Positions 1 to 11,228 of a DNA stretch of 64,000 nucleotides are shown piece after piece. A model generated the notes under the pieces. It was not told the DNA's origin. It saw only the letters and a program-made list of their open reading frames with translations, and searched no databases. The DNA is from Candidatus Kaiserbacteria bacterium (GTDB lineage: Bacteria; Patescibacteriota; Minisyncoccia; Phycocordibacterales; Phycocordibacteraceae). The translations under genes were made by a program, and so were the position numbers. The stretch lies in the NCBI GenBank assembly GCA_963813065.1, contig CAWEXP010000009.1, positions 1,931 to 65,930 on the forward strand, read 5' to 3'. Position 1 is the first letter of the stretch, and the number at the start of each line of letters is the position of its first letter.

Positions 1-100
1 GCCGGTCTTGGTGCGGCCGCGGCCGGGATCGAGCACGGGTAACGTGGTCTCGTCGGCGAACAGTTTTGGCCGCTCCTTGAGCTTGTCGAGCAGGCGTTGG
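1..100 (-). pseudogene. IS66-family transposase (TnpC) internal fragment
   Basis: Minus strand reads QRLLDKLKERPKLFADETTLPVLDPGRGRTKTG, the IS66 DDE-region motif; breaks off at ~100. Confidence 0.75.
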
Positions 101-210
101 GTTTCCTCCCGGCGTGGACCGTCTGGTTTTGAGGACCTGATGCTCGGATAGATCGGGCATGAATGGCGCAATGATCGTGTCCATGTCAAATACAAGCGGA
201 CACTATCTGG

Positions 211-587
211 ATGTCGGGCGGCAAGGAGGATGATGGAGCGGCGCCCGGGCGCAGGCGTCGATCCTGGACCCTGGACGCGAAGCGTCGGATCGTTGACGAG
301 AGTTTGGTGGAAGGCGCATCGATCGCTGAGGTGGCTCGTCGGCACGAGCTCAACGCCAACCTGCTGTTCGCATGGCGGCGGAAAATGGGCTTTGTGGAGC
401 CGATCCGGAATAGCCGGCGCCGATCTTGCCAGTGACCCTCATCGCCTATGGAGGCGTCAGAAGAATCCGGATCCAGGTCGGGCGGCCAGATTGAGATCGT
501 GCTCGCGAGGGTGATCGGATCATGGTGTGGTCGGACGTTGAGACAGCGGCGTTGTCGCGAGTTTTGAAGGCGCTGTCACGGCGATGA
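211..587 (+). pseudogene. tnpA: IS66 TnpA (HTH) with frameshifts
   Basis: RRRSWTLDAKRRIVDESL..SIAEVARRHELNANLLFAWRR; 3' part in other frames. Confidence 0.75.
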
Positions 588-932
588 TCCCAATTCCGAG
601 CGGCGTTAGGGTATGGATTGCGACTGGTCATACCGACATGCGGCGCGGCATGCAGGGTCTGGCGCTTCAGGTTCAGGAGAGTTCTAAACCGCGATCCCCA
701 TGCCGGCGATCTTTATATCTTCCGAGGTCGTCGCGGCGATCTCGCCAAGATCCTCTGGCACGACGGGATCGGGCTGTCGCTATACGCCAAACGACTGGAC
801 CGCGGAAAGTTCATCTGGCCGTCGGCATCAGGCGCCGCGGTGTCGATCTCGGCGGCGCAGATGGCGTACATGCTCGAAGGGATCGATTGGCGAAATCCGC
901 AACTGACGTGGCGGCCCAAGAGCGCGGGTTGA
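584..932 (+). pseudogene. tnpB: IS66 TnpB accessory protein, one frameshift at ~683
   Basis: VWIATGHTDMRRGMQGL joined to GDLYIFRGRRGDLAKILWHDGIGLSLYAKRLDRGKFIWP. Confidence 0.85.
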
Positions 933-1002
933 TGAGCGCGGGCCGAACCGCAAAAATATTGGAGACAGTGCGCATTTTAGGACGCGCCAAATCGCGCGAT
1001 TT

Positions 1003-2471
1003 GTGATTCACTTCGACGCATGGATGCCGCTCGCGCCGTTCTTGCCGCAAGAAAACGCCGCCCTGAAAGCGGCGTTGACCGTTGCGCAGAACAAGGGCCT
1101 AAAGTCGGCGGAGCTGGCGGTCGCGCGCGCGAAGGCGTCAGAAGACATGGCGCTGATCGCGCAGCAGGAGCTTCGGATTGCGAAACTGGAGCGCCAGGTC
1201 TATGGGCAGCGCTCGGAACGCTCGGCGCGCCTGATCGATCAACTGGCGCTCAGCTTCGAAGATCTGGAAGCCAGCGCCACGGAAGACGAGCTGGCGGCAG
1301 AAAAGGCCGTCGCCAGCACGACCACGGTGGCCGGATTTACGCGCAAGCGTCCCGAGCGCAATACATTCCCCGACCATCTTCCCCGCGAGCGCGTGGTGAT
1401 CGATCCGCCGACGGCGTGTGCGTGCTGTGGCGGCAATCGTCTGCGCAAACTTGGCGAGGACGTGACGTGCACGCTGGAATCCATCCCCCGTCAGTGGAAG
1501 GTGGTCGAGACGGTTCGGGAGAAGTTCACCTGTCGGGATTGCGAGAAGATCTCGCAAGCACCGGCACCGTTCCATGTCATCGCGCGGGGCTGGGCGGGGG
1601 CAAGCCTGCTGGCGATGATTGTGTTCGAGAAATTTGGTCAGCACCAGCCTTTGAACCGTCAGGCCGAGCGTTATGCGCTGGAAGGCGTGCCAATCGCGCT
1701 GTCGACCATGGCCGACGCGGTGGGCTCGGTCTGTACGGCGCTCGATCCGCTCCTTCGCCTTGTGGAAACTCATGTGATGGCGGCCGAGCGCCTACATGGT
1801 GACGATACGACCGTGCCGGTTTTGGCTGAGGGCAAGACCGATACTGGGCGATGCTGGATCTATGTTCGAGACGACCAGCCCTTTGGCGGCGTCGGGCCGC
1901 CTGCGGCGATGTTCTACTACTCACGCGATCGCCGGGGCGAGCATCCGCAGGCGCATCTGGCCGGATATGCCGGCATCCTGCAGGCGGACGCCTATGACGG
2001 CTACAACAAGCTCTATCTGGCGGACCGCCGGCCCGGCCCGATCCGGGAGGCGGCGTGTTGGGTGCATGCGCGGCGACCATTCTTCGCCATGGCGGATCTT
2101 GAGGAGAACGCTCGCCGCAAAGCCGCAGGCAAGAAGGAAATCCCTCTATCGCCGATCGCGATCGAGGTCGTGCGCCGCATCGACGCGCTGTTCGAGATCG
2201 AGCGGTCCATCAACGGCAAGAGCGCCGAGGAGCGTATAGCGGTCCGACAAAACTTGAGCCGGCCGCTGGTTGATGATCTTCGGGTCTATATGCGTGAGCA
2301 GGCCGCCGGGCTCTCGCGCGGGCATGACCTGGTCAAGGCCATCAATTACATGCTCAAGCGTTGGCCGGCCTTCACCTTGTTCCTTGAAGATGGCCGCGTT
2401 TGTCTCTCAAACAACGCCGCCGAGCGAGGTCTGCGCGGCATCGCACTTGGGAAGAAAATCATGGCTGTTCT
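1003..2471 (+). pseudogene. tnpC: IS66 TnpC transposase, C-terminally truncated
   Basis: Leucine zipper, CxCC..C zinc region, LHGDDTTVPVL, LQADAY, CWVHARR, SNNAAERGLR; ORF tail after 2471 is unrelated. Confidence 0.9.
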
Positions 2472-2808
2472 AAGTCTTCGTCAACGGGATTGTAGTCGTC
2501 TGGTCGAAGGAGTTTTACGACACCTTCACCGACAGCGATGCCCTTGGCGGGCCGATACACCTCGGTGCCTTCGCCGACAAGCTGCACGTACACCACTCGG
2601 ATCTTTTGCTGCGAAGTCTGTCATCGCGCGCTCCAACGGCAGGTCAAAGCATATCCCAGTCGCACTTCAGATTCACGATCACGCCGTCTCTCCATCGCAC
2701 GAATGCGACGCTGTCTTGCCAGCCACGTCATGCGGCGGGCAGGCCCGATCCCAAACCTAACCCCGATCCCAAACCCAAACCTAACCCACTCCTACCCGCG
2801 ATTGCCAA

Positions 2809-3087
2809 TCACCGCCCACAGCCAAATCCACGGCAACAGCACGACGACGCGCCACTCGCGCGTGATCGCGTACATCGCACGGAAATCAGAAACACATAGC
2901 TTAGAAGAACAAGATGCGCGCTCTTGTCGACCATGATCTTCGCGCCGCCCCAGACCGCGAAGCCGACCGAGGCGAGTCCGAGAGACAATTGCAAGATTCG
3001 CCACGGGCGCGCGAGATACAGAGAGAGCATCGCCGTCGGCAAGAGCACCAACAAGAAGCCAATCACTCCGAGCACCAAGCGCTCCAA
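2809..3087 (-). CDS. small membrane protein (in putative foreign segment)
   Basis: Three hydrophobic stretches; GGAG upstream. Confidence 0.4.
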   Translation of the reverse strand: MERLVLGVIGFLLVLLPTAMLSLYLARPWRILQLSLGLASVGFAVWGGAKIMVDKSAHLVLLSYVFLISVRCTRSRASGASSCCCRGFGCGR

Positions 3088-3156
3088 CCCGATGAAGCCG
3101 GTGGCGCTTTGTTTGCAAGACCGGGAGTCGACGAATGGGCGGCTTCTTTTTTTGGC

Positions 3157-3724
3157 TCACAGGTTATTCGTTACGGGCAGGCGTATCGGCGGGGGATTCG
3201 AACGTGGGGGCAATGTTGAAACCGTTTGGGGATCGAGCGCTCCAAGCAGCGAGTGCGCGAGAGCCGATGTCACGCGAACAGGTACAATTTGGCCGAGATC
3301 AACGCGCGATAATCGCGCTCCAAAGGGGACATCAATATGCACGATCTCGTTTCGCTCGCTGCGGCCCATCACGCGGCTTGGGGTTCGCGATAGACGCACG
3401 CCGCCTGGGCGTGATTCGCCTTCGATCAACACATGCGCGCTACTGTCAACGAGCGACTGCAGATGCGCCCTCTGTTGTTTGTCGGAATGCTTCAAAAGGC
3501 TGTGCGAGCCGCGATTCTTTGATTTGTTCGGGCACGTTATCGGGCAGGTTCTGGGCGGGGGTTTGCGGGCGAACCGAGTACTTGAACCCAAAGAGCGCGC
3601 TGAATCCCGCTTCGGCGACCAACGAGAGTGTCTGCGCGAAGTCGTCGTCGGTCTCTCCCGAAAAGCCGACGATCACGTCGGTCGAAATCGTGATGTCAGG
3701 GCACGCCGTCTTGAGCGCGCGCAC
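3157..3724 (-). pseudogene. miaB: MiaB-family methylthiotransferase C-terminal fragment with TRAM domain
   Basis: PDITISTDVIVGFSGETDDDF..FKYSVRPQTPA, frameshift, then VLIEG..GRSERNEIVH..GQIVPVRVT; N-terminus absent. Confidence 0.75.
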
Positions 3725-3797
3725 TCCGTTTAAAATTGTTCGCGCGTGTAGCGACGGATCATGCGACGTAAAATGGCGTTCGAACCCGATTGCACCG

Positions 3798-4150
3798 GCA
3801 GCTCAGAAATCGCCTTCAAGATCGCGGCATCAATGGCTTTCCAGGCGGCGGCCGAGCGCGCGAAGCCCGTTATCCTCGAGCCGATTATGAAGGTCGAGGT
3901 CGTCGCGCCGGACCAGTTCATGGGCGACATCACCGGCAACATCTCGGGCAAGCGCGGCGCCATCGAGAGCATCGAAGAGCGGGGCATGAACAAGGCGATT
4001 CACGCCAAGGTGCCACTCTCTGAAATGTTCGGCTACACCACCACGCTCCGTTCGATGACCGAGGGCCGCGGCTCGATGACGATGGAATTCGACCACTACG
4101 AGACTGTGCCAAACAATGTGGCGGCGGACATCATTGCTTCGCGCAAATAA
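3798..4150 (+). CDS. fusA: elongation factor G, C-terminal part only
   Basis: SSEIAFKIAASMAF..ILEPIMKVEV..VPLSEMFGYTTTLRSMTEGRG; sequence upstream of ~3798 is not EF-G. Confidence 0.9.
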
Positions 4151-4167
4151 CTCATAAAAAATCGAAC

Positions 4168-4200
4168 GCACGCGCGCTTGCCGGGGGCAAGCGCGCGTGC
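4168..4200. terminator. GC-rich hairpin after fusA
   Basis: GCACGCGCGCTTGCC-GGG-GGCAAGCGCGCGTGC; no clear + strand U-tract. Confidence 0.55.
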
Positions 4201-4235
4201 TAGTTTCCAGAGCGGAACATCAGTGGAGAAGGTCA

Positions 4236-4720
4236 ATGAATAAAGCCGAGCCGATTGCCGCTCTTGCGAAAAAGTTCTTACAAGACAAAAGAGGAGAACC
4301 CTGTTTGCCGATGAAGGTAGTCGGGGATTCAGATTCGAAATGCCCCTTGCAGGAAAGCGTCGCGATTGTTGGTTCAACTACGATGGCTTCCAGCTTGTCC
4401 AGTTCAGCGCCGTTATCGGATCGGCACTGGTGAATCAAGCCGACTTCAACTTTAGAGAAGCTCTCGCCACTGCGGGCGAACGAGATCCTTTCTTCGGAAC
4501 ATTGGTGCTCATCAATGGCAATTTAACCCACGTCTTGAGCTACAAGTTTTCGCATCGCCATGAACATATCGACGAAGTGCTCAAAGCACTCCTCGATCAA
4601 GGAGCGTTCGAAGATCTCTATCGCCTCGACCTCATTCATCAACTATCGTTCAGGGGCGATGAACCATCGTACATTGTCCAGATGGATTTCCGTTTTGGAT
4701 ATCCTCAAGGGCATGCATGA
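4236..4720 (+). CDS. orphan hypothetical protein, SD-led, probable single frameshift at ~4345
   Basis: GGAGAAGG then ATG 4236 ([13 protein letters not shown]..) continuing into the 4340..4720 frame; terminator at 4732-4760. Confidence 0.55.
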
Positions 4721-4884
4721 CCCTTTACTCTGCCGCCGGCGCAATGCCGGCGGTTTTTTTATTGCAGTTGTCCCCGCGGGGTATTGCATGCGCACAACTT
4801 ATTCGCTATAGTGCCCCTAACGCATTATCGCGTGGCTCGACTCGCGTCGGGATTTATTCGTGTCTTTATCCTAAATTATTCACC

Positions 4885-6084
<1,200 letters not shown>

Positions 6085-6096
6085 GTCTCAACACAC

Positions 6097-6145
6097 AAAA
6101 TGCAAGACGCGCGCCCCGTTGCGGGGCGCGCGTCTTGCATTTTTT
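6097..6145. terminator. bidirectional intrinsic terminator after tuf
   Basis: AAAATGCAAGACGCGCGCCCCG-TTG-CGGGGCGCGCGTCTTGCATTTTTT. Confidence 0.8.
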
Positions 6146-6177
6146 AGCCCCCTAGTGCATACTCGTGGATACGTTCT

Positions 6178-6573
6178 ATGACAGCGGCACTTACAGAAAA
6201 ACCGAAGGCGAAGCGCGTGGCGAAACCACGCGTGGCTAAGGTTGCTACTGCCGCCGCTCTCCCCGAGGAGCACAAGCTCCGCATCCGCGTTCGCGCCTAC
6301 GAACACAAGATTCTCGACGTCTCGGTCAAGCAGATTATGGATACCGCCGCTCGCTTCGACGCGAAAGTCGTTGGCCCGGTGCCACTCCCGACCGAGATCA
6401 AGCGCTGGACCGTCAATCGCTCCACTTTCGTCCACAAGGACGCGCGCGAGCAGTTCGAGATGCGCATCCACAAGCGCCTTATCGATATTTTGAATCCCTC
6501 GCCGAAAGTTATCGAGGCACTCACTAATTTGAATCTTCCTTCCGGCGTCACGATTGATGTGAAGATGGTTTAA
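6178..6573 (+). CDS. rpsJ: 30S ribosomal protein S10 with N-terminal extension
   Basis: LRIRVRAYEHKILD..GPVPLPT..REQFEMRIHKRLIDI. Confidence 0.98.
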   Translation: MTAALTEKPKAKRVAKPRVAKVATAAALPEEHKLRIRVRAYEHKILDVSVKQIMDTAARFDAKVVGPVPLPTEIKRWTVNRSTFVHKDAREQFEMRIHKRLIDILNPSPKVIEALTNLNLPSGVTIDVKMV

Positions 6574-6593
6574 CCTGAGCGCAGTCGAAGGTT
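6572..6593 (+). repeat. short REP-like hairpin with tandem G.A mismatch
   Basis: AACCT-GA-GC-GCA-GTC-GA-AGGTT overlapping the rpsJ stop. Confidence 0.5.
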
Positions 6594-6669
6594 CGACAAA
6601 CCGCCCGCAAGGGCGGCTTTGCTATTTCCGAAATAGAGCGTACTGTCTCGGCAGGGAAGAGAGGCACAT

Positions 6670-6921
6670 ATGTTCAAACAGCTACAGGCACTATGCCAGT
6701 ACATGGTACGTCGGTGGCGCGAAATGCGTCTCAGACAGCTCGAGAAACGCTTCCAACAGCTGGAGTGGGATTATAACCACTGGAGCTGGATGCGAGACGG
6801 ATCCGGCGCACTCATTGATTGTTGCGACGAGCGTCGAGAGGTTTACAGAAGGCGTGTTCGACTCAGCGACCTTCTCGGTCTGCCGGCACCCCAGCCGATC
6901 GATAATCCATGGGCATTTTAA
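6670..6921 (+). CDS. orphan hypothetical protein, SD-led
   Basis: 83-aa ORF, AGAGG upstream, hairpins at 6598-6620 and 6924-6948. Confidence 0.6.
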   Translation: MFKQLQALCQYMVRRWREMRLRQLEKRFQQLEWDYNHWSWMRDGSGALIDCCDERREVYRRRVRLSDLLGLPAPQPIDNPWAF

Positions 6922-6976
6922 ACAACCGGGCCCTCGTGGCCCGGTTTTCCATGCTCCCATGATATAATCACCCGCA

Positions 6977-7291
6977 ATGAAGAAGGTGAAACACGCGAAA
7001 AAATACGAGCCAACACTCACCGACGTGCTCGAGGCGGTGCAGGTTGGCTTTGGGAAACATGATGAACGATTTGATTCGATGGATAGACGATTCGATACTA
7101 TAGAACAACGGCTCGATAATCACGACAGATTGCTCAAGTCTCTCCACGGGGGCCAGGAAAATCTGAAAGAGCAGGTGCAGGATATCAACCATCGCCTAAT
7201 CAAGACCCAAAACCGCGTCGAAGATATTGCCGACATTCTCGAGGTTGACCACGAGCGCCGCATCACGCGGCTCGAGAAGGCCCGCGCTTGA
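6977..7291 (+). CDS. coiled-coil hypothetical protein (paralog of 12049..12426)
   Basis: EPTLTDVL motif, heptad RFD/RLD repeats, ends DHERRITRLE; TATAAT 8 nt upstream. Confidence 0.75.
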   Translation: MKKVKHAKKYEPTLTDVLEAVQVGFGKHDERFDSMDRRFDTIEQRLDNHDRLLKSLHGGQENLKEQVQDINHRLIKTQNRVEDIADILEVDHERRITRLEKARA

Positions 7292-7303
7292 TTTCTGCTC
7301 CGT

Positions 7304-7332
7304 TTGCATCTTTTAAGGCCATCGTGTAGAGT
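7304..7332 (+). promoter_or_regulatory. sigma70-like promoter for rplC-rplD-rplW-rplB
   Basis: TTGCAT-17 bp-TAGAGT with extended TG. Confidence 0.55.
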
Positions 7333-7439
7333 GCCCTCATCGCTACGAACCCCATGAGACAGCGAAGCTGGCTTTTACGGGGGTCCTATGGCAGAGGGTT
7401 TTTCTAACCCCGCGCCATTTGGCGCGATTTGCTTAAAAA

Positions 7440-8054
7440 ATGAAATTCATCTTGGCTCGGAAGGCGAACATGACCCGTATCTACGGGGAGGATGGTCGTG
7501 CGCTCGCAGGCACCATCCTCGTCGCCGCGCCGCTGACCGTGACGCAGGTCAAGTCGGTCGAGGGCAAGGACGGCTATGCCGCGCTCCAGGTTGGCGAGGG
7601 GACTCGTAAGACCAAGAACATCGGCAAGGCGGTCTTGGGCCACACCAAGGGCAGAGGCTATGCGGCGATTCGCGAGTTCCGCTCTGATGCCTCCGCAGAG
7701 GTTGGGAGCGAGATCAGGGTCGACGCCTTTGCGGTCGGCGATGTGGTCGAGATTTCCGGCTTGTCCAAGGGCAAGGGCTTCGCGGGCGTGGTCAAGCGCC
7801 ACGGCTTCCACGGCGGTCCGCGTAGCCACGGCCAGAAGCACTCCGAGCGCGAGCCAGGTTCGATTGGTGGCTCGAGCGGTCGCGCCGGTGGTCGCGTCGC
7901 GAAGGGTATGCGCATGGCCGGCCGCCTTGGTTCTGATCGCGTCACCGTCAAAAATCTGAAAGTGCTTGCGGTCGATGCAAGCACGAACGAGATCGTCATC
8001 TCCGGCGCGGTGCCGGGCAAGCGCGGCACGCTCCTCGAGATTGTCTCAAAATAA
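7440..8054 (+). CDS. rplC: 50S ribosomal protein L3
   Basis: KDGYAALQVG, SKGKGFAGVVKRHGF, GAVPG. Confidence 0.98.
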   Translation: MKFILARKANMTRIYGEDGRALAGTILVAAPLTVTQVKSVEGKDGYAALQVGEGTRKTKNIGKAVLGHTKGRGYAAIREFRSDASAEVGSEIRVDAFAVGDVVEISGLSKGKGFAGVVKRHGFHGGPRSHGQKHSEREPGSIGGSSGRAGGRVAKGMRMAGRLGSDRVTVKNLKVLAVDASTNEIVISGAVPGKRGTLLEIVSK

Positions 8055-8064
8055 TTTTCATACT

Positions 8065-8829
8065 ATGGCCAATGCAAAGAAAAAATTGAATAAGAAGCTC
8101 CGCAGTCACGGGAAGCCGAAGTCCGTCGTGACGCCAGGCAAGGAAAAGGCCGCCGTTGCGGGCCCGATTGAACTCGCCGTCTACTCGATGGCAGGGAAGA
8201 AGATTTCGACCATGACTCTTCCCGAGAACCTTTTCGGTGCCAAGTGGCGCCCGGATCTCGTGCACCAAGTGACGACCGCGATGCAGGCCAACTTGCGCCA
8301 GAACCGCGCTCACACCAAGGATCGCGCCGAGGTGTCTGGCGGCGGCAAGAAGCCCTGGAAGCAGAAGGGTACCGGCCAGGCACGTCATGGTTCCTCGCGT
8401 AGCCCAATCTGGCGCCACGGCGGTGTCACTTTCGGTCCGCGCTCGGAGCGTGACTACAGCGAGAAGATTAATAAGAAGATGCGCAACCAGGCGCTCATCT
8501 CGGTACTCTCGCAGAAAGCGAAAGATGGTGAGTTGATTCTTATCGACTCCTTCTCCTTCGAGGCACCGAAGACGGCCCTCGCCATCAAGGCGCTTGGTGC
8601 CATCGCGAAGGCGACCTCGCCCTCCTTGGCGACCAAGCGCGTCAACGCGGCCCTCATCGCCCTCGCCTCGCACTCGGCGAACACCATCAAGTCGTTCCAG
8701 AATATCGGGAGCGTCGCGACCGAGGAGGCACGCAACTTGAATCCGGTCGAGATTCTTTCGCACCGCTATCTCATCATCGAGAACCCGGAAGTCTCGTTCG
8801 CGACACTCTCCGCTCGCCTTAAGAAATAA
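8065..8829 (+). CDS. rplD: 50S ribosomal protein L4 with basic N-terminal extension
   Basis: TKDRAEVSGGGKKPWKQKGTGQARHGSSRSPIWRHGGVTFGP. Confidence 0.98.
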   Translation: MANAKKKLNKKLRSHGKPKSVVTPGKEKAAVAGPIELAVYSMAGKKISTMTLPENLFGAKWRPDLVHQVTTAMQANLRQNRAHTKDRAEVSGGGKKPWKQKGTGQARHGSSRSPIWRHGGVTFGPRSERDYSEKINKKMRNQALISVLSQKAKDGELILIDSFSFEAPKTALAIKALGAIAKATSPSLATKRVNAALIALASHSANTIKSFQNIGSVATEEARNLNPVEILSHRYLIIENPEVSFATLSARLKK

Positions 8830-8831
8830 GT

Positions 8832-9203
8832 ATGGCTATTTTCTCAACCAAAAAAGAGAGCAAGAAAAAGGAAGCGGCCAAGAAGCCGATTAAGAACGCG
8901 CTCGCGAACAAGCACGCGGCCGGTATCGCGCACGAGGTGATCCAGGCGCCGTGGTTCTCGGAGAAGGCGATTCTCGGCACCGAGAAGGGCGTCTACGTCT
9001 TCGCGATTCCGCGCACGGCGACCAAGGCTGATGTCGCGGGCGCCATCAAGGAGCTCTATAAGGTCTCGCCGCGCAAGATTAACATCGTGAACCTCCCCGG
9101 CGCCCGCGTTTCTCAGCGCCGCCGCGCGGGCCACGCGACGCGCGCACGCCGCCGCAAGGCCTATGTCTACCTGAACTCGGGCGACACCATCAATCTCGCC
9201 TAA
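8832..9203 (+). CDS. rplW: 50S ribosomal protein L23
   Basis: PWFSEKA..YVFAI..ATKADV..KAYVYL; position in operon. Confidence 0.95.
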   Translation: MAIFSTKKESKKKEAAKKPIKNALANKHAAGIAHEVIQAPWFSEKAILGTEKGVYVFAIPRTATKADVAGAIKELYKVSPRKINIVNLPGARVSQRRRAGHATRARRRKAYVYLNSGDTINLA

Positions 9204-9212
9204 TATTTACTT

Positions 9213-10064
9213 ATGAAATCTTATCGCCCCACCACCAAGAGTCGCCGTAGCATGACCACGCTTCCGTACCGAGAGCTCCTCTCGGGCGATGCGCCGCACA
9301 AGCCTCTCATGAAAGTGCAGAAGCGCGAGGGCGGACGCAACAACTTCGGTCGCATCACGACGCGTCACCAGGGCGGCGGGCACAAGCGCCGCTTCCGCGA
9401 CGTTGATTTCTCGTACGATAAGAAAAATATTCCGGCCAAGATCGAGACGATCGAATACGATCCGTTCCGTTCCGCCTTCATCGCACTGGCGCTCTACGCC
9501 GATGGCTCGCGCCGTTATCACCTCGTGCCCAAGGGGATGCAGGTGGGTGATCGCTTCACGGTTGGCGAGGACGCGCCGATTATTTCGGGCAATCGCGTTC
9601 CGCTCGGCAAGATCCCGGTCGGTACGTTCATCTACAACATCGAGCTCCGCCCCGGCGCGGGCGCCATCCTCGTCCGTTCGGCCGGCAATTTCGCTGAAGT
9701 GGTCGCGCACGATGCGGGCTACGCGCAGGTCAAGCTCCCCTCGACCGAGATTCGCCGCGTCAGCGACCTCTGCTGGGCTTCGATTGGTGCGGTTGGCAAT
9801 GAGGAATACAATCTCGTCGTCATCGGCAAGGCTGGTCGCTCGCGTTGGCTCGGCATCCGCCCGACGGTGCGCGGTACCGCGATGAACCCTGTCGACCATC
9901 CGCACGGCGGCGGCGAAGGACGCCAGGGTCGCGGCCTCAAGCGCGCCAAGAGCATGTGGGGCAAGCCGACGGGCAAGGGGCAGAAGACCCGCACACCGAA
10001 GAAGTACAGCAACGTCTTCATCGTCTCGCGCCGCAAGGTTGGGAAACGAAACAAGAAAGCGTAA
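9213..10064 (+). CDS. rplB: 50S ribosomal protein L2
   Basis: GRNNFGRITTRHQGGGHK, RPTVRGTAMNPVDHPHGGGEG. Confidence 0.99.
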   Translation: MKSYRPTTKSRRSMTTLPYRELLSGDAPHKPLMKVQKREGGRNNFGRITTRHQGGGHKRRFRDVDFSYDKKNIPAKIETIEYDPFRSAFIALALYADGSRRYHLVPKGMQVGDRFTVGEDAPIISGNRVPLGKIPVGTFIYNIELRPGAGAILVRSAGNFAEVVAHDAGYAQVKLPSTEIRRVSDLCWASIGAVGNEEYNLVVIGKAGRSRWLGIRPTVRGTAMNPVDHPHGGGEGRQGRGLKRAKSMWGKPTGKGQKTRTPKKYSNVFIVSRRKVGKRNKKA

Positions 10065-10072
10065 TTTCACAA

Positions 10073-10111
10073 GAAAACCCCCGCGCGCCGTCTCGGCGCG
10101 CGGGGGTTTTC
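10073..10111. terminator. intrinsic terminator after rplB
   Basis: GAAAACCCCCGCGCGCCG-TCT-CGGCGCGCGGGGGTTTTC. Confidence 0.8.
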
Positions 10112-10171
10112 GTTGCAGTTCTTGCATTCTTGCGTTAGGCTCTCGCAAGATGAAGCCATAAGGAGGCCGCA

Positions 10172-10729
10172 ATGAGTGACCATAAAGAGCCTGTAAACCC
10201 AAACTTGGTGCAGGTAGAATTCATTCTTGTTGACATACCTGCCAAGACAGGAATCGAGTCCGATATCCAAACGCTTGCACTCGAGCTGGCCGGCAGGTTG
10301 CCGAAGCTCGTGGTGCGGTTCTTCGATGAGCGGGGACTGGTGACGAAGCTGGTGCAAGACTATGAAGCTACGCAGTCAGCCTACGGAGTGACCATAATCG
10401 AACTGGGGAAGATGAGTTTTGGTGGTCGATTTGCAGTCTCTGAGCAACGCGATGTCGCTCGTCTTTCGCGGAAAATGGACGCACTACGAGGCCAAGCGCG
10501 CTCACTCACAGTCGGCATGTTGAGTAGTGTCACGAAAGGGTCTCGCAGAATCGCCATCGAAGATTCGCCCGATCGACCTTTGCGCATGGCAGTCGAGGCC
10601 GAGTTCGACCACCTGGTCACCACGGCCAAGAAGGCAAAAGATGTGTTCATTTTCGTCTTCAAACCGAACGATCTTCTTTCCGAGAAGAACGAAGCTGTTG
10701 TCAGTATGGTATTTAAGCTCCAGCTGTAG
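10172..10729 (+). CDS. orphan hypothetical protein, SD-led
   Basis: 185-aa ORF, TAAGGAGG 5 nt upstream, terminator at 10735-10760. Confidence 0.7.
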   Translation: MSDHKEPVNPNLVQVEFILVDIPAKTGIESDIQTLALELAGRLPKLVVRFFDERGLVTKLVQDYEATQSAYGVTIIELGKMSFGGRFAVSEQRDVARLSRKMDALRGQARSLTVGMLSSVTKGSRRIAIEDSPDRPLRMAVEAEFDHLVTTAKKAKDVFIFVFKPNDLLSEKNEAVVSMVFKLQL

Positions 10730-10815
10730 CCCTCTCCCCGCTCTGGCGGGGATTTTATTTGCCTGTAACATGTCCTTGTGGTATAAGATGGCCAGAGCAA
10801 CCGAAGGAGAAACCA

Positions 10816-11199
10816 GTGATTATTCTTGAAAAGATGTCTCGCAAAATCTCGTTCTCTGCGGGCAATCATTTCCGTCGCGCCAATTTTATCGAAGAAATTG
10901 GCGATAGCTCAATGGTGGTGTGCGTTTGGTCGCAGTGTTCATTATGGGATACAGGCGTCTTCCGTGTCAGGCATGTGCCTGTCGTCGACACGGGCGTTGA
11001 AGTGTTCCAGCGTGGTCAGCCGATTCTCGACATCACCCAACAAATCAAGGGATATGCTCCCGCGAGCCTCATCACACCTCTTGAGCACCTCACTACCAAT
11101 GTTTCCTTGTGGAAACTGAAAGTGAGTCTTGAATCATCGGTCCTCGATGCGGTTGGCAAGGTATCGTTCCCAGACTTTCTTAACATCGAGTTCGAATAA
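10816..11199 (+). CDS. orphan hypothetical protein, SD-led (GTG start)
   Basis: AAGGAG before GTG; terminator at 11207-11230. Confidence 0.6.
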   Translation: MIILEKMSRKISFSAGNHFRRANFIEEIGDSSMVVCVWSQCSLWDTGVFRVRHVPVVDTGVEVFQRGQPILDITQQIKGYAPASLITPLEHLTTNVSLWKLKVSLESSVLDAVGKVSFPDFLNIEFE

Positions 11200-11228
11200 C
11201 GTGCCTGCCCCGCGCAATGCGGGGATTT

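Larger units (their letters stand above)
101..2471 (+). mobile_element. IS66-family element, truncated at right end
   Basis: tnpA-tnpB-tnpC order; tnpC ends abruptly after LRGIALGRKSWLF; no right end seen. Confidence 0.85.

Noticed and set aside
2749-2790. CCCAAA/CCTAA telomere-like short repeats
   Set aside because: Only a few degenerate units, in the probably chimeric segment; low-complexity sequence.
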